Positions 1 through 13,181 of a stretch of 64,000 bases of DNA are shown here, in pieces. The first letter of the stretch is position 1, and each line of letters begins with the position of its first letter. The notes below the pieces were generated by a model, which did not search any database, had not been told where the DNA came from, and saw only the letters and a program-made list of their open reading frames with translations. The position numbers and the translations under genes are program-made. The stretch is from Geosiphon pyriformis uo1 (taxonomy: Eukaryota; Fungi; Glomeromycota): NCBI GenBank assembly GCA_016748015.1, contig JAAOMT010000534.1, positions 138,654 to 202,653 on the forward strand, in the 5' to 3' direction.

Positions 1-640
1 TAATCAGCCACATTCTAAATGAATAGCCACAGCGGGGCGTTATTATAAGAGAAATTGATTTAGGACAACTGAATTTAATTCATCCTTTTTAATTCATCCG
101 CCGGTATTACAGAAATATAACGAATGAAAATTGAAACATTTTTAACTAATCTCTAGTAATTCATTCCAAAATGAATACTGCCAAACAACCCATCATTTCA
201 ACAACGCATTCTCCTTTGTACCACAGAAAAAAAAGGAAATCATTTGATCATCATGATGATGATGATGATGATGATACGTTTTCGAAAAGATTAATTTGTC
301 AAAAAAGTGATTTACCCCGTTGCTAAAAAAAGTGAAAAAGAAAATCAAACAAAGTTTTTGATTAAACTGATTAAAAGAATTGTGGTAAATATTAAATTTT
401 TTGAACAAATCAAGGAATTTAAGAAGGAAACTCAAAGAGAATGTTGAAAGAATCGGAAAGTTAAAAGAATGTGAAAGAGCCAGCAAAAGGTCTAAAAACA
501 GTCAATGTAGTAGAGGGAACACAAGAGATGATAAAAGAATCAAAATTTTAAACTTTAAATAACAGCCTCAAAAAATTCAATTATATAGTGAACAATTTAA
601 TTTGTGGTAGATTATACTTGCGCGCGATCATTTGGAAAGA

Positions 641-644
<4 letters not shown>

Positions 645-687
<43 letters not shown>
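645..687. repeat. (TG)n microsatellite
   Basis: Uninterrupted TG run seen directly. Confidence 0.98.
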
Positions 688-688
<1 letters not shown>

Positions 689-2880
689 TGTTTTTTTTTA
701 AGAAAAAAAACAAAAATGCAAGGAGTGAAGGGGAAAGAACTTGGTTGAAAGGAGGAATGAAAATAATAGATTATAATTTAATTGAGCAACAAAAAGAGCG
801 AAAACAATTTAACGCCGCCTGACGAAAAGGACATGTTTTTTTGACAAAGAAAATTCTCTAAAAGTGATTAATGAATATTGTACTGATCATGATTTACTTA
901 ATCTTAGATTAAAGATAAAATTGATGATCAAATTTCGGAGAAAGAAGTTTCAAAAAAAAAAAAAAAAAAATTTTAATTGTTAAGCTCATGAAGGAAACTC
1001 TTCTAGCAACTGTTACGGCTACACGTTTTATAAATTATTCTAAAAATGTAGATATATATGTCTCGAAAGGAAGGTTTGATTTTAATAGAGAGAGTTTAGG
1101 AAAGTCGAAACGGCTGTGCAGAAAAAAAAACACTATCAATAATTTATTATCGGCTATTAGCGATCAGATATTAATAATATTATTAATATTATTAATAAAG
1201 GATGAACTGATAGTTGTTAAATGATCGCTGATGCCTATTTTTTATAGGGTGAATTTGTCATTTGAACAATTATTGGTTACCGGGTTAACAAATAAAAAGT
1301 TAGCAACCACTCACTTTTGGTTCTTTTTCAAACGGTCACCACCTATTGAGATAATTTGATTCGAACTAATAACCTAGTTTAGATTTATTTATAAGAAACC
1401 CAATCTAACCCAATCAAATAAGCATCTGGATTCCAGGCACAGAGAACAAAACCTTTTTGAACAAATTAATGAATGAGAGGGCACGGATATTTTAGATCTC
1501 ATTGACCTGATTCATTTGTTATCCTTTTTGTGAGAAACGATTTTACTATTTTTGGAGTTTATTTCGGAACCCAACATTTATTGAAAATAGAGATAGAAAT
1601 ATATTTTTTTGAACATTTTTTTTGGATTCCTAAAAAGTTTCCATTAAGAACAAAGCCTTATTGATATTGAAAATTTACGATAATTTTTCTTTCTTTCTTT
1701 CTTTCTTTGATATATAATTACATTTATCAATTCTATTTAGTAGTAGATTCACAAAACAATCTCCGTTTTCGACTCCAAAATAATAGGGAGAATTTTTTAA
1801 AATTTGAAAAATTTGAATAAATAAATCTTTTTTGTTCAAAATATTATCAAATAATACAATTCAGTGGATAATTTAATCTTGATTAAAAAGGACAATTTTA
1901 AAATTTCCCCGAAATATCCTTGATAGATTAGTAAACATCATCATAATCATCATCATCATCATCCCTATAAGGATAATTTTGAAATCCTCATGGTGGTGAT
2001 TTATAGCATCAACTATTAACAATTTCCGTTCTAGTTTGACAATTTTCGACAATCAACAACCTATTAATCGAGAGGTGGCACACGAGAAAATTGTTCTTTT
2101 ACCAATAAAATTAGTCTTTATAAACATTGATGCATTCCTTATAAATATTTTGGTGATAAGATAATGCATTCTAAAATTAATTGATTCACACAATAACATT
2201 TTGATTGGGGGGTGGGGGGGGGGGAGGCCTCTTTTGTGTCCCGTATGAACTTTATAGGAAATGAAAAATAATGAATCAGGTCACGATTTTTACACATCTA
2301 TGTAGATGTGTAAATTTATTTTATTTTTGAAGAAATCGTCACTTGATACTTTGAAACTTAAATAAGAAGTAACAGAAAGACAAAGCCTGAGATTGAACAA
2401 TTTTCATTTGTTAGTTGAGTTTCTATTTGAAATTTTGTATTCGTCGGAGAATGTTTGATTTTGTTTTTTTTTGTTTTAGGGAAATCATGATGATAGATGG
2501 ATGGATGGATTGATGGATGTTGTTGTACATGCTTTACGAAATTTATTCAAATTGATGAGATTCTTTTAAGGAATTCAGACGGGGTGTAAATTAGATAATG
2601 AAGAATGTAAATTTTAGAAACTCGGTAACTCATTAGTCAAATAAAGAAAAGAGAAAAAGGTTCTAATCAAGAATTTTAATATAAAATTATGATCGATGGT
2701 CTTTTATTTTTTAATTTTTTTTTTTCAAAATAAAAAATTTGAGGCTCAAATCAAATAATTAATTTATAATTTTACAAATATTCTACATGGAAAAAAAGCA
2801 ATTTTTTCATTTATACTTTTTTAAATTTTAAACAGATTAAAGTTTTTTAGGCGTTTGCCACATGTTTTAACCGATTAAAA

Positions 2881-2896
2881 TTATTATTATTATTAC

Positions 2897-2938
<42 letters not shown>
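2881..2938. repeat. (TTA)n microsatellite
   Basis: TTA run with one interruption. Confidence 0.95.
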
Positions 2939-2939
<1 letters not shown>

Positions 2940-3067
2940 TTAGTACCCATATGAATCTTGGAATCTCATGGTTGTGGGTACTTTCAATTATGGTATCTTA
3001 GTACTTTCCAGTAAGAAACCGTTTTCATTTTATCATAAAGAATATAGTGAAACGACCTAATGTTAAA

Positions 3068-3103
3068 ATGATGATGATGATGATGATGATGATGATAATG
3101 ATG
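3068..3103. repeat. (ATG)n microsatellite
   Basis: ATG run with one variant unit. Confidence 0.9.
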
Positions 3104-3374
3104 CAAAGTAATTATTCTTTGTGGAAGAAGAGTTGAAACAATTTCACCAAAAATTACAACTGTGTCGTCATCATTCGATCATGGAATTATTGGGATCAAG
3201 AAAAGATTGTTTTGATTTTGCTTTTACCTAATATAGACATCAATGCCAAGAACTTTAAAAAAAAATTTCAGTCTATAGATATGCATGAGAACATAATCTT
3301 TGAAGATTTTTTATATCCAAGTCTTGTTAGATTGAAAAATTGAAATTCGCCATATTTGTGATATTTAAGTTGGG

Positions 3375-3409
<35 letters not shown>

Positions 3410-3792
3410 NNNNNNNNNNNNNNNNNNNNNNNNNNNNNNNNNNNNNNNNNNNNNNNNNNNNNNNNNNNNNNNNNNNNNNNNNNNNNNNNNNNNNNNNNNN
3501 NNNNNNNNNNNNNNNNNNNNNNNNNNNNNNNNNNNNNNNNNNNNNNNNNNNNNNNNNNNNNNNNNNNNNNNNNNNNNNNNNNNNNNNNNNNNNNNNNNNN
3601 NNNNNNNNNNNNNNNNNNNNNNNNNNNNNNNNNNNNNNNNNNNNNNNNNNNNNNNNNNNNNNNNNNNNNNNNNNNNNNNNNNNNNNNNNNNNNNNNNNNN
3701 NNNNNNNNNNNNNNNNNNNNNNNNNNNNNNNNNNNNNNNNNNNNNNNNNNNNNNNNNNNNNNNNNNNNNNNNNNNNNNNNNNNNNNNNNNNN
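3410..3792. other. Assembly gap (383 N) between a poly(A) run (3375-3409) and a CT-rich microsatellite (3793-3902)
   Basis: N run seen directly; low-complexity flanks are typical of contig breaks. Confidence 0.99.
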
Positions 3793-3796
3793 TCTT

Positions 3797-3827
<31 letters not shown>

Positions 3828-4623
3828 CTCTCTCTCTCTCTCTCTTTCTTTCTCTCTCTCTCTCTCTCTTTCTTTCTCTCTCTCTTTCTTTTTCTCTCTC
3901 TCACATATGCAATAACAACAACAACAGCATGAAAAAAAAAACTTTACTCAAACCCCATGACACCAGAGTTATCTTTACTATGAGAACAGACACAGGTAAG
4001 AAAACCTGTTCAAATTCAGACGAAAATCTGAACTTTTTAATTAAACAATCAATCATAGTGTTATACATATGAGTTTCAGCCAGGTGAGAAATCTTTGTCA
4101 ATCGATGATATATTGGTTACTTAATGATGTAGCAAAAATCAAGAATGATCTTACATAATAATCAGCCTGCAAAAGCGCCAAGATTTTCGGCCGACTATGT
4201 GGAATGATTTCCTTAAAAAATTGTAGATCAAGTCATGATGCATGAAACAAGATGAAAAAATTGGACCTTTGTGAATATGCAATGGTCAAATTTTTAGTAT
4301 ATTGAATCGAGAATCGTAAATTGGAAAACCATACACGATTAGGAAATCTGATTTCACAAGAATTTTTTGACAGGAATTTGCTCAGCAAAAAAAGATAATT
4401 TATTAGAACCCGTTTCAGCTTAGCCAATTTAACATTTCACTCTTAAAAAGTATCCCCCTAACTCCTCCACCATGTGAGAAAAGGCTATTTCAAAAGTGAA
4501 AGAGTGATATTATAAACCGATTTTTTTAGTATCCTCTTTATTCTCTATGCTGGCTAGATTTTGAACAATGATAACTCTGAATTTTTCTACTACCATCATG
4601 ATTTTCCTTGCCCAATCAACAAT

Positions 4624-4626
<3 letters not shown>

Positions 4627-4682
<56 letters not shown>

Positions 4683-4683
4683 T
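4627..4683. repeat. (AAT)n microsatellite
   Basis: AAT run seen directly. Confidence 0.95.
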
Positions 4684-5050
4684 TTATCGAAATGCAAGTA
4701 ATAATGTTCAAATGTTGAAACAAAATATTGAATCTTTTCATTTCTCAAATTTCAAAAGGCTATCTATTGATGAAAATATAATAAAAACACTCTCGAAACA
4801 AAGAAATTTTATTGTTCTCTCAATTATTTCCGGAATCCTTAAAAGGCTTTGTTAAAAAATTGAATAATGCAGCATGATTACAATTAAAAAAATTTTAACG
4901 ACCCATACAAAACTTTGAAAATTTATTTCAAGCTTAAAATTTCTTATTTAAATGGAACTTTTGAAAAAAAAAAAAAGATTGATAATCGTATCATTCTTTC
5001 GGTAAAAAAAAAATCATTGAAAGAAACCAATGATTCAATAAAAAAAAATC

Positions 5051-5480
5051 ATGAAATCAAATATTACAATAATCTCGTTAATGGTAAAAAGTTTTCTAAA
5101 TATCTTTTAAGAAAGTGATTTCATCATTATTCATATCTCCTAACCGCCGATTTTATTGGTTTCCCATTTTTTAGTGCCTATGCTACATGGCAATCTTAGT
5201 ATCGGCAAAGTTCAAAAAATTCAGTTTTTCACTCTATCAAGATTTTGACTACGGAGGAAAGCATTGGTCTTATACTTTTGATATAAATAAGTGCGTCAAC
5301 GTGCCATCCTACTTCAACGATATAACAAGTTCGGTAAAAACTGAGAAATGTATCTGGCTTTATCGTGACTATGATTGTCAAGGACCCAAACATCGCGTTT
5401 GTCCTGATGGGGAACCACGATTATTAGATTTTAATGATAGAGCTAGTTCTGTTTCAACTAGAAAATACGTGAAAAAATAA
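5051..5480 (+). CDS. Small secreted beta/gamma-crystallin-domain protein, 112 aa; exons 5051-5083 and 5175-5480
   Basis: Exon 1 is MKSNITIISLM, followed by a GT donor at 5084, CTAAC branch point at 5140-5144 and TTTTTTAG acceptor ending 5174. The phase-0 join gives a signal-peptide-like MKSNITIISLMCLCYMAILVSA. The mature part has two Greek-key signatures (YQDFDYGG...NDITSS and YRDYDCQG...NDRASS) and 4 Cys. Confidence 0.85.
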
Positions 5481-5630
5481 TTCATTAAACAGAGGTTTTA
5501 GAAATCAAATAGTTTTTTTTATAGATTTTAATCTTTGGATCAAAGAAATTTAGATTTAATTCATTGTCAATAAATTTTGGTGAATTTGGTTTAAAATCGA
5601 TGAAAATGGGTCACCATATTTTTAACAAAA

Positions 5631-5661
<31 letters not shown>

Positions 5662-6644
5662 AATGGAATTTAGGATTCAAAGTTTCATTGAAGAAAAGTA
5701 TGTGGCAAATTTTATTTAAAAAATTTAATTATTTTAATCTGTGAATCCAATCTTTTAAGAAATTACTCGAATTCATGCATATGTAAAAAAAATTAAAAAT
5801 TAAAAAAAATACATAATACTCTATAAAATCCATCTAAAAAACAATTAACTCTTTATTGAACGATATGATATGATATGATATTAAATTTTAAATCACACGA
5901 TAGTTATATAAAAGATTATTTAATTAAAACTTTATCTTAAATACTATCTATTATATGTTTTTATCCTCTTAAATAACGTTAAAAAAATATAATAGTTACG
6001 TATCGGTGTAATATACTAATAGAATAGCAGAGGGAATAGAAATAAGCAAAAAAGAATTTCAATTATAAAGTAAAATCAAATAAGTAATTATTTTTAAAAT
6101 TCAATAATAAATATTTTTTGGTTTTTAATAATCATTTATTTAATTAAGAAAAATAAATTTTTTATTATTTTTTATCTTAAGAAAATTTTCAAATCAAAAA
6201 AATTTGAATTTTTAAAATATATATACATATTATGAAAAAAATACTGATTAGTCTGTATTTATATTTATTTTACATAATATAATATAATATGATTTGATTT
6301 AATTTGATTTGAATAACTGGTTATATGTAAAAAAAACACATAAACCATATTTATTATAAAATATATAAATAACAATTGTATTGTATCCAATAAAAAATTT
6401 TATTTTTTTATTTTTTAATTATTGTAATATATTAATTTTAATTAAAATTATATTTTGTAATTAATATAATATTTTATTAATTAAATTTATTTATTTATTT
6501 ATTTTTTATTTTATTATTACTTGATTTTTTGATAATTAAAAATTGCTTTTTGTTAAATATTTATTAACTTATTTAATTAAATATAATTTAATTATTATTT
6601 ATACATAATCAATTTTTTTATGTTCTAAATATTTATTATCAATA

Positions 6645-8450
6645 TTTTTTTTTTATTAAGCTTTTAATGAGTGTAGCCCAACCACTACTTAAACTATAGT
6701 AATATACAAAATCCTATATTAAGTGTGACTTATGCACTTCCTATATGTAACTAGCCACTTGGGCCAATCAAAACAACACTAAACACCTAAACCACCAATT
6801 ACTAGAAAGTCATTTAAAAAACAAAAATGTGCATTGAGCAGATGAAGATATAAACTATAATATATGTAAATACTTAATCTGATACCAAAATCAAAAATCA
6901 TATTGGGAGACCACAAGAAAGCCAGACCAGATACCACTGGTATTATGGACCCATTACATGATAAAAAAACCACATTTCTTATAAAGCACTCTCAACTTGG
7001 TGGTCAACAGCCATATAGCAAATCTATGATCTTCAGCAAAGCTTCAGACTAAATCAATAACTAAAGACTTATTGTCAGAATCACCACTCAGTAGACAAAC
7101 TGTATCAGCCATTCAATCTCTCAAAACAAAGTCCTTGGCTAAGAACATATATAAACAATCTAACAATTCAGCATCTTGTAAAAAGCAAATTACCACACTA
7201 TTGGCAGCAAAACCATCAAGCATATTAATCTAACAATCAATAGTCCTTGAAATCAACTCTCTTTTAGCACCAGCATTATGAATGCAAGAGAACATGTGAT
7301 TGGTATCTTTAACCAACCCATATTAAATACATAGTATGCTCAGATAACCTGGATCATAAAGTCTCTTCTTTTTGGTTACAGAAAGGTAGTTGTAAACAGC
7401 TTTTATAAAGTAAGATTGAAGACATGCAGAAGAATAGCTGGTAAAGCCTAATTGAAATTAACTATCAGGATGCCATATATTAAACATACATTGTATATCA
7501 ATCTCATTGTGCAGTATTTTTTTTACAGCATAGGCCACACATTTGGCTTCCCAATTGACAAAGCTTATAGCATTAAAAAAACACCTAACAAAATAGCAGA
7601 CATTCCCAGAGACAAGTTTTTCTTCAATAGACAAAAAATGGCAAGACATTTCAACAGGTAGCATGGTGTCAGAACCAGTGACAACATTGGCCAATAAATC
7701 AGTGTGCTTATTGCCATAAACCCCAAAGTGGCCCTTGACTTTGTTCCAGATTACCAACAGGTTCTTCAATGTAATGGTCTGTTAGATCCATTCTCTTTCA
7801 ATCCAACATTTATCATGAAAATTGAGACCAGTACAATTTTTATAAAAAGTACAAGCATTTAAGGATGTCTAACTGTCTGTGAAAAGAATAACTGAACTGG
7901 AAACAAGAATACACTCCAAAGCAAGAATGATAGCATAAAGTTCAGTCAGGATTGACAAAAGCAAGCCACTCACTCTAATCTCTACCTCATCATCAATATC
8001 AAGAAAATAAGCAGCAGCACTACTATAAGCACTTATAGAATCCAAACCTTTAACTAAGCTATCAGTATAAACTATTACACTATCTAAAGCATTCTCAAGA
8101 AAACATTCACTAATAAAAATTAGATTAACTAGACAACTATCAGGAGCTGAATCAGAAGCCAAAACATGACCACCAACCAAACCACTATTTTTAATGAATT
8201 TTGTTAACACACTAAACCAACCAGGAGTTGGACCTTTTGAATCCAGCTTTTTCTATCTGCAAAAATTACTCCATGTAAAACACATGCCATAATAGTTCAA
8301 AAGCTGGTTTGCAAAAATAATGCCAAATTTCTTCAGCAAACCAACTACACTCATATACTGATCCAAACCCAAAACATCAGCAACAGTTATGCCACTACCA
8401 GCCTGGAAGACATTTGGCAAAACATTGCCCAAAAAGAGCCTATACAATGC
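6645..8450 (-). mobile_element. LINE copy 1, 3' portion (end of ORF2 with RNase H, 3' UTR, poly(A))
   Basis: T run at 6645-6654 is the minus-strand poly(A), directly following AATAAA. RNase H motifs VYTDS, TELYAI, LFTDS and KVKGH at 7730-8080. ORF2 ends ...GV* as in LINE copy 2. Joins in frame to 27058 once element A is removed. Confidence 0.9.
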
Positions 8451-9292
8451 TGTTACAGATCTTTATTTGGAGTTTCAAGTCAAATAACAAACCCATAACT
8501 TAGTGCTTGATTGGTATTTCTGGTGTTGATATCTGAAGGTTTTGGTGTAGAGTTCTTTGTATAATGGACAAAAATTTAATAGTTGTGTTATCCATAGCTT
8601 CCCAAAACTGCAGTTTTATCAATTTTTTTCTCAGCATGATGGCCGGTATTCCTCTTGGTAAGCTATTTTCAGTTGAGTGTTCTACCTTTATTCCTGAGTC
8701 TTTTATCAGTCACTTTGACATTAGTACTCCACATGTTATTCTTTTTCAATTAATTAGTATATAACAATAAAATCACAGAAATGAAATAAAAAAAAGAAAA
8801 CAAAAGAAAATAAAAAAAATAAGCCAAGGCAATTTGCAAGTTAGTATCCCATCAATAGCCATGATCAAGAGCTATTGTTCCAGTGTGATTAAGTATTAAT
8901 TACTATCAACATAAAGTGTTGATAGTGAAGAGTGAATTGAGATAATAAATAATTATTTATTGGTATTTGTGAATGAAAAGGCTGCTTAAATTAAATCTAA
9001 ATAGAGAGATCTGTTTTTTTTACTTCTAATATTACTGCTATATATACATAATTAAGATTCCTTAATTCTTCAATTCTTTACACCAAAAATTTTGAAATTT
9101 CTGGAATTCTGCAATTTTTTTTGAAAGAAATTCTGGAATTCTGGAATCTTGTGATTCTTTGTACAAGAATCTTAAAATTCCTGGAATTTTGCAATTCTTC
9201 TTTAGAGAAATTCTGGAATTCTACATTTACTATGGCTACTTCTGATTGGCTAATTTATATGCTAATATACTTCCTATATTTTATGAGTAACA
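8451..9292 (-). repeat. 3' LTR of element A
   Basis: Direct repeat of 26212-27053 with TGTTAC/GTAACA ends. CCAAT at 9245-9249 and TATA-like element at about 9040 on the minus strand. Confidence 0.96.
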
Positions 9293-9308
9293 TTATTCTC
9301 TCCTTTTT
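9293..9308 (-). promoter_or_regulatory. Polypurine tract of element A
   Basis: Minus strand AAAAAGGAGAGAATAA abuts the 3' LTR; GGAGAGAATAA is shared with element B. Confidence 0.85.
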
Positions 9309-9975
9309 AATATTGAGCTCCATTAAGATCTCCCAAATCTCCTAACTCTAATTCTCTGTCGTTAAGTATTTTTTGAACTTCTTTTTCAAAAATTACTTGG
9401 GTTATCTTGTTCTGTAATTTTTCAAATTGGGTGTTGGTTATTTCTCCCATTTAGTTAAGTATAATAGAGTCCAATTCCGAATTAAGTAAAATTTCTGGTC
9501 TGTCTTAAAATCTCATATGTAGCTGATAGATGGCTCTTGTTTGTGTAGTTAAATTGTTCTTTCTTACAAATTGTTTTAGTTGTTGCAGTATTGTTGTGTC
9601 AAATAATTATTTTGTTTTATCTATGTATAAATTCTGAATATTCAAGTGTTGTCCCAAGTAGAAATAACAAAAGTTCTTTGGAAATTTGTGTATCCATTAT
9701 TTCTAAGTTTTTTTGGTCAACTCTTAATATATGATAATACTTGTTGATTCTTCTATTGCTAATTTTATTTTCAGAACCATTTTGTCAATAGTGTTTTTTG
9801 TTTTCTTTTGACTTTTGTATTTGGATATCTTTTTGGTATCTTGGTATCGAATAGTTTGTTGATTTATAGTAATTTCCATATTTTGTTGTTGAATCAGTTG
9901 AAAGAATTGTTGTGCTAGTAGGTGGATGTTATTAGTAATTTCCATTTTTTTGAAGTCTTCTGTTACATCTACCAT
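9307..9975 (-). pseudogene. Accessory ORF3 of element A (222 codons, 6 in-frame stops, no frameshift), unknown function
   Basis: One frame from ATG 9975 to TAA 9307, lying between the integrase and the PPT. Motif similarity to ORF3 of element B. Confidence 0.7.
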
Positions 9976-10007
9976 GTCTTTATATACTTTTTTTATTGTT
10001 CAATTTT

Positions 10008-11383
10008 TTATGTGTTTGGTCCAATGATTATAATTGGTTTCAGATCTTGTAGAATCTCATCTGATTGAACTAGTATTTTCTGTACTCCTAATTGTGGAAT
10101 ATTACTGGTGAATGGTAACACTATATGGTGATATGGTTTCAATCAATTACCATGTGCTGCTTTGGTTAAAATTTTGTTGTTCTATCTTAATTTATAAGTT
10201 CTATTTCCAAAACCTTTTTCTATGTGAAATAGTCTGTTCCATTTGGGGTCAAATTTTCCACTCCATTGTTTTTCTGCTTTGATATGATGCAAAAATACTT
10301 TGTCTCCAATTTTGAATTTGACTGGTTTATCTGGTAGTTAGTTATTATGTCTTTCTTTTTGTTTCTTTTGTGACTTTTGGATGTTATCAGCTGCTTTTTG
10401 CCATTTGTTTTCTAGTGTCTTCATTAAGTCATATGTTCTTTTCAACAATGTTTTTTGAAAATTCTCTTCTGTTATTGGTTTTGTTGGATATATTTTGACT
10501 TTTATCTTAACTGGTAATGTTGCTGTTCTATTGTATACTAATTCAAATGATGTTGCTTGTATAGTGTTTTGCTTCATTGTCTGATAAGCAAATAATACTG
10601 ATAATATAATCAAGTCTCATTTGTTCTGGTTCTTTTGACTGATTTTGGTAATGGCTTTATACAATGTTCTATTAAACTTTTCAACTAGTCTATTTGTTTA
10701 TGGATGGTATGATGATGATAATAGTCTTTTTATCCCAAATCTTTGACTCAATTCTGTTAATGTTCTATTTACAAAGTAAGTTCCTTGATCTGATAACAAT
10801 TTTTTTAGACATCTATGTTGACAGATCAAGTTTTAATAAACAAATTGGAAACTGATTCTGCATTTGCTTTTTGAATAACTTTTGCTTCTGGCCATTTTGT
10901 GAGATAATCTATGACTACTGAAATGTATCTGTTGCCTCTGCTGGTGATTGTTAATGGTCCGACTAAGTCAATTCCAATATAGTTAAATGGCTGTTCCACT
11001 TTGATTGGTCTCAGTGGTTTACTGGGTTTTGTTCCACCTCTTCTTTGACAAGCATCACAATTTTGAACATATTGGATAATATCTGAATACATTGATAGCC
11101 AATAGTATCTTTTTCTGGTTCTTTCCATGATTGTTTTTTTATGGAAATGTCCTGCTGTTGGATCTAAGTGCATGTTAAACAATATTGTCTCTTTCTCTGG
11201 TTCTGTGATTACTCTGGTTGGCTGATCTGAATTCTTTTTGTTTTTTTGGTAAAGTATATTTTGATGATTAATAAAGTATTTTGATTGCTGTTTTATGTTG
11301 TTTTGTTTTTTTTGAAATAATTTCTCCTTGAACAATTGGGTATTTATATAATGTTGGAGTTGTTGGTATTTTTATATATTCAT
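10008..11383 (-). pseudogene. Integrase of element A (degenerate)
   Basis: MHLDPTAGHF...YYW...CDACQRRG zinc domain, IGIDLVGP, IDYLTKWPEA, and a C-terminal GPY/F-type region. No chromodomain. Confidence 0.92.
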
Positions 11384-11413
11384 GTTTTGTTATATTTTTG
11401 GATTAAAATGCTT

Positions 11414-13181
11414 TTAGATTTGTTTCATTCACAACAGACCATTAGCATTTCTATTTTTTTTTCCTTTTTTGTAATGTACTATATAATTAAATGATAAAAG
11501 TTTTATTTTTTATCTAGTATAATGATCATCTGCAAATTCTTATTTCTGAATTGAAGTTAATTCTTTGTGATTAGTATACACATTGAACTTTTAACTCAAG
11601 TATTCTTTCTATTTCATGACTGTCCAATAGATAGCTAAGTGTTCTAGTGCTAGAGTTCTATAGTTTTTTTCTATTGGGCTTAAGCTTCTACTAGCATAAG
11701 CTACTGGATGTTCTCTTCCATCCAGTTTTTTCTGCAATAGTACTGCTCCCAATGCTTGACCAAATGCATTGGTTGTTATTATGAATAGCTTGCTATGATC
11801 TGAATAGATCAGTATTGGGGCTTGAATAAGCTTTCTTCTTAATGTATCAAAAGCTTTTTGTTGAGTTTCAGTCCATTCATATTTAGTGTTTTTTGTTTGG
11901 AGTTGGTATAATGGTTAAGCTATTTTGGAAAAGTTCTTGATAAAGCAGTAATAGTATCCAGCAAATTCCAAGAATGCTCTTAATTTTGTGAGATTATTTG
12001 GTACTGAAAAGTTTTTGACAATCTTGATCTTGTCTGAATCTGTTTTGATTCTGTCTTTGCTCACAACATGTCCCAAAAACTTGAGTTCAGTTTTTCTAAA
12101 GAAACATTTGGTTGTATTTAACTTTAATCCTGTTCTTCTTAGTCTTTTGAACATTTGTTGGAGATGATGCAGATGATCATTGAATGTTTTTGAGAATACA
12201 TTGGTATTATCCAAGTATATGATTACTGATTTCTATAGTAGTCCAGTATAGAAAATTTCTATAAGTCACTAAAAAGTGGCTGGAGCATTCATCAAGCCAA
12301 ATGGCATAATCTCAAATTCGAAATTCTCTTCTTATATTGTAAAAGCCATTTTCTCTTTGTCTTCTGGTTTCATGGCTACTTGCCAGTAACCACTGTCTAA
12401 GTCTAAAGTTGAGAACCATCTCTTTCCTCCAAAAGCATCGAAAAGTTCTTGGATCTTTGGAGTTGAGTAGTTATCTCTTTTTATTACTCTATTTAGTTTT
12501 CAGTAATCCACACAAAAGCAAATTTTTCTATTTTTCTTCCAAACTAGTACTATTGGTAATGACCATAGACTTATTGATGGCTGAATTAGCCTATTGTTAA
12601 GCATCTGATTAATTTTTTGATGAATGATCTCATGGCTAGCTGGTAGTACTTTGTATGCTTTCTGTTTAATTGGTATTGTATCTCCAGTCTTAATTTGGTG
12701 TTGGATGATGTCAGTTCTGCCAAATTTGTTTTCGCTTACAAAGATGTCATTGAAGTTGTTAAGTAGCATCTTGAATTGCATATATTGTAATAGATCTAAA
12801 TTTCTCAAGTTTATCTGTTCCAATTGTTCTGGTTGGAGCAGATAATATTCTTCTCATCTGTTTATGGTTTGAGATGTGATATCTACATACCCATACAGTT
12901 GTGGAAAGTCTGGAATGGTGTCTGGTAGTTGATCCTCAATTTTGGTGGTTAAATATCCAATAGTGGTTCTTTCTGGTATCTCAATAAGTTTTTCCATGTT
13001 GTTGTAAATGAAAATTTTGATATAACTGTGGTTCTTGATTGGTATGTGTAAATTGACTAATCCAATTTTTTCTAATTTACAAAGTTTTGTTTCTGTTTCA
13101 AAAATCTGAACCTGATCCTTCACTTTTCTTTCTATTCTGATCATATACTTATTATATGATGGAATAGAAATTGGTTGACAG
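11414..13181 (-). pseudogene. RT-RNase H of element A (with upstream linker)
   Basis: FCVDY, LDLDSGYWQV, MPFGLMNAPATF, YLDN (from YLDD), FLGHVVS, and RH motif HPVAYASRSL. Confidence 0.93.

Noticed and set aside
193-1224. Short ORFs with poly-H or VC repeats
   Set aside because: Microsatellite and low-complexity translations with no recognisable domain.
3340-3915. Long ORFs on both strands
   Set aside because: Artefacts of the N gap and flanking simple repeats.
10008-10340. Chromodomain at the integrase C-terminus
   Set aside because: Both integrases end after the GPY/F region with a short P-hydrophobic tail (KPIIII, LPVVVI); no chromodomain motif is visible.
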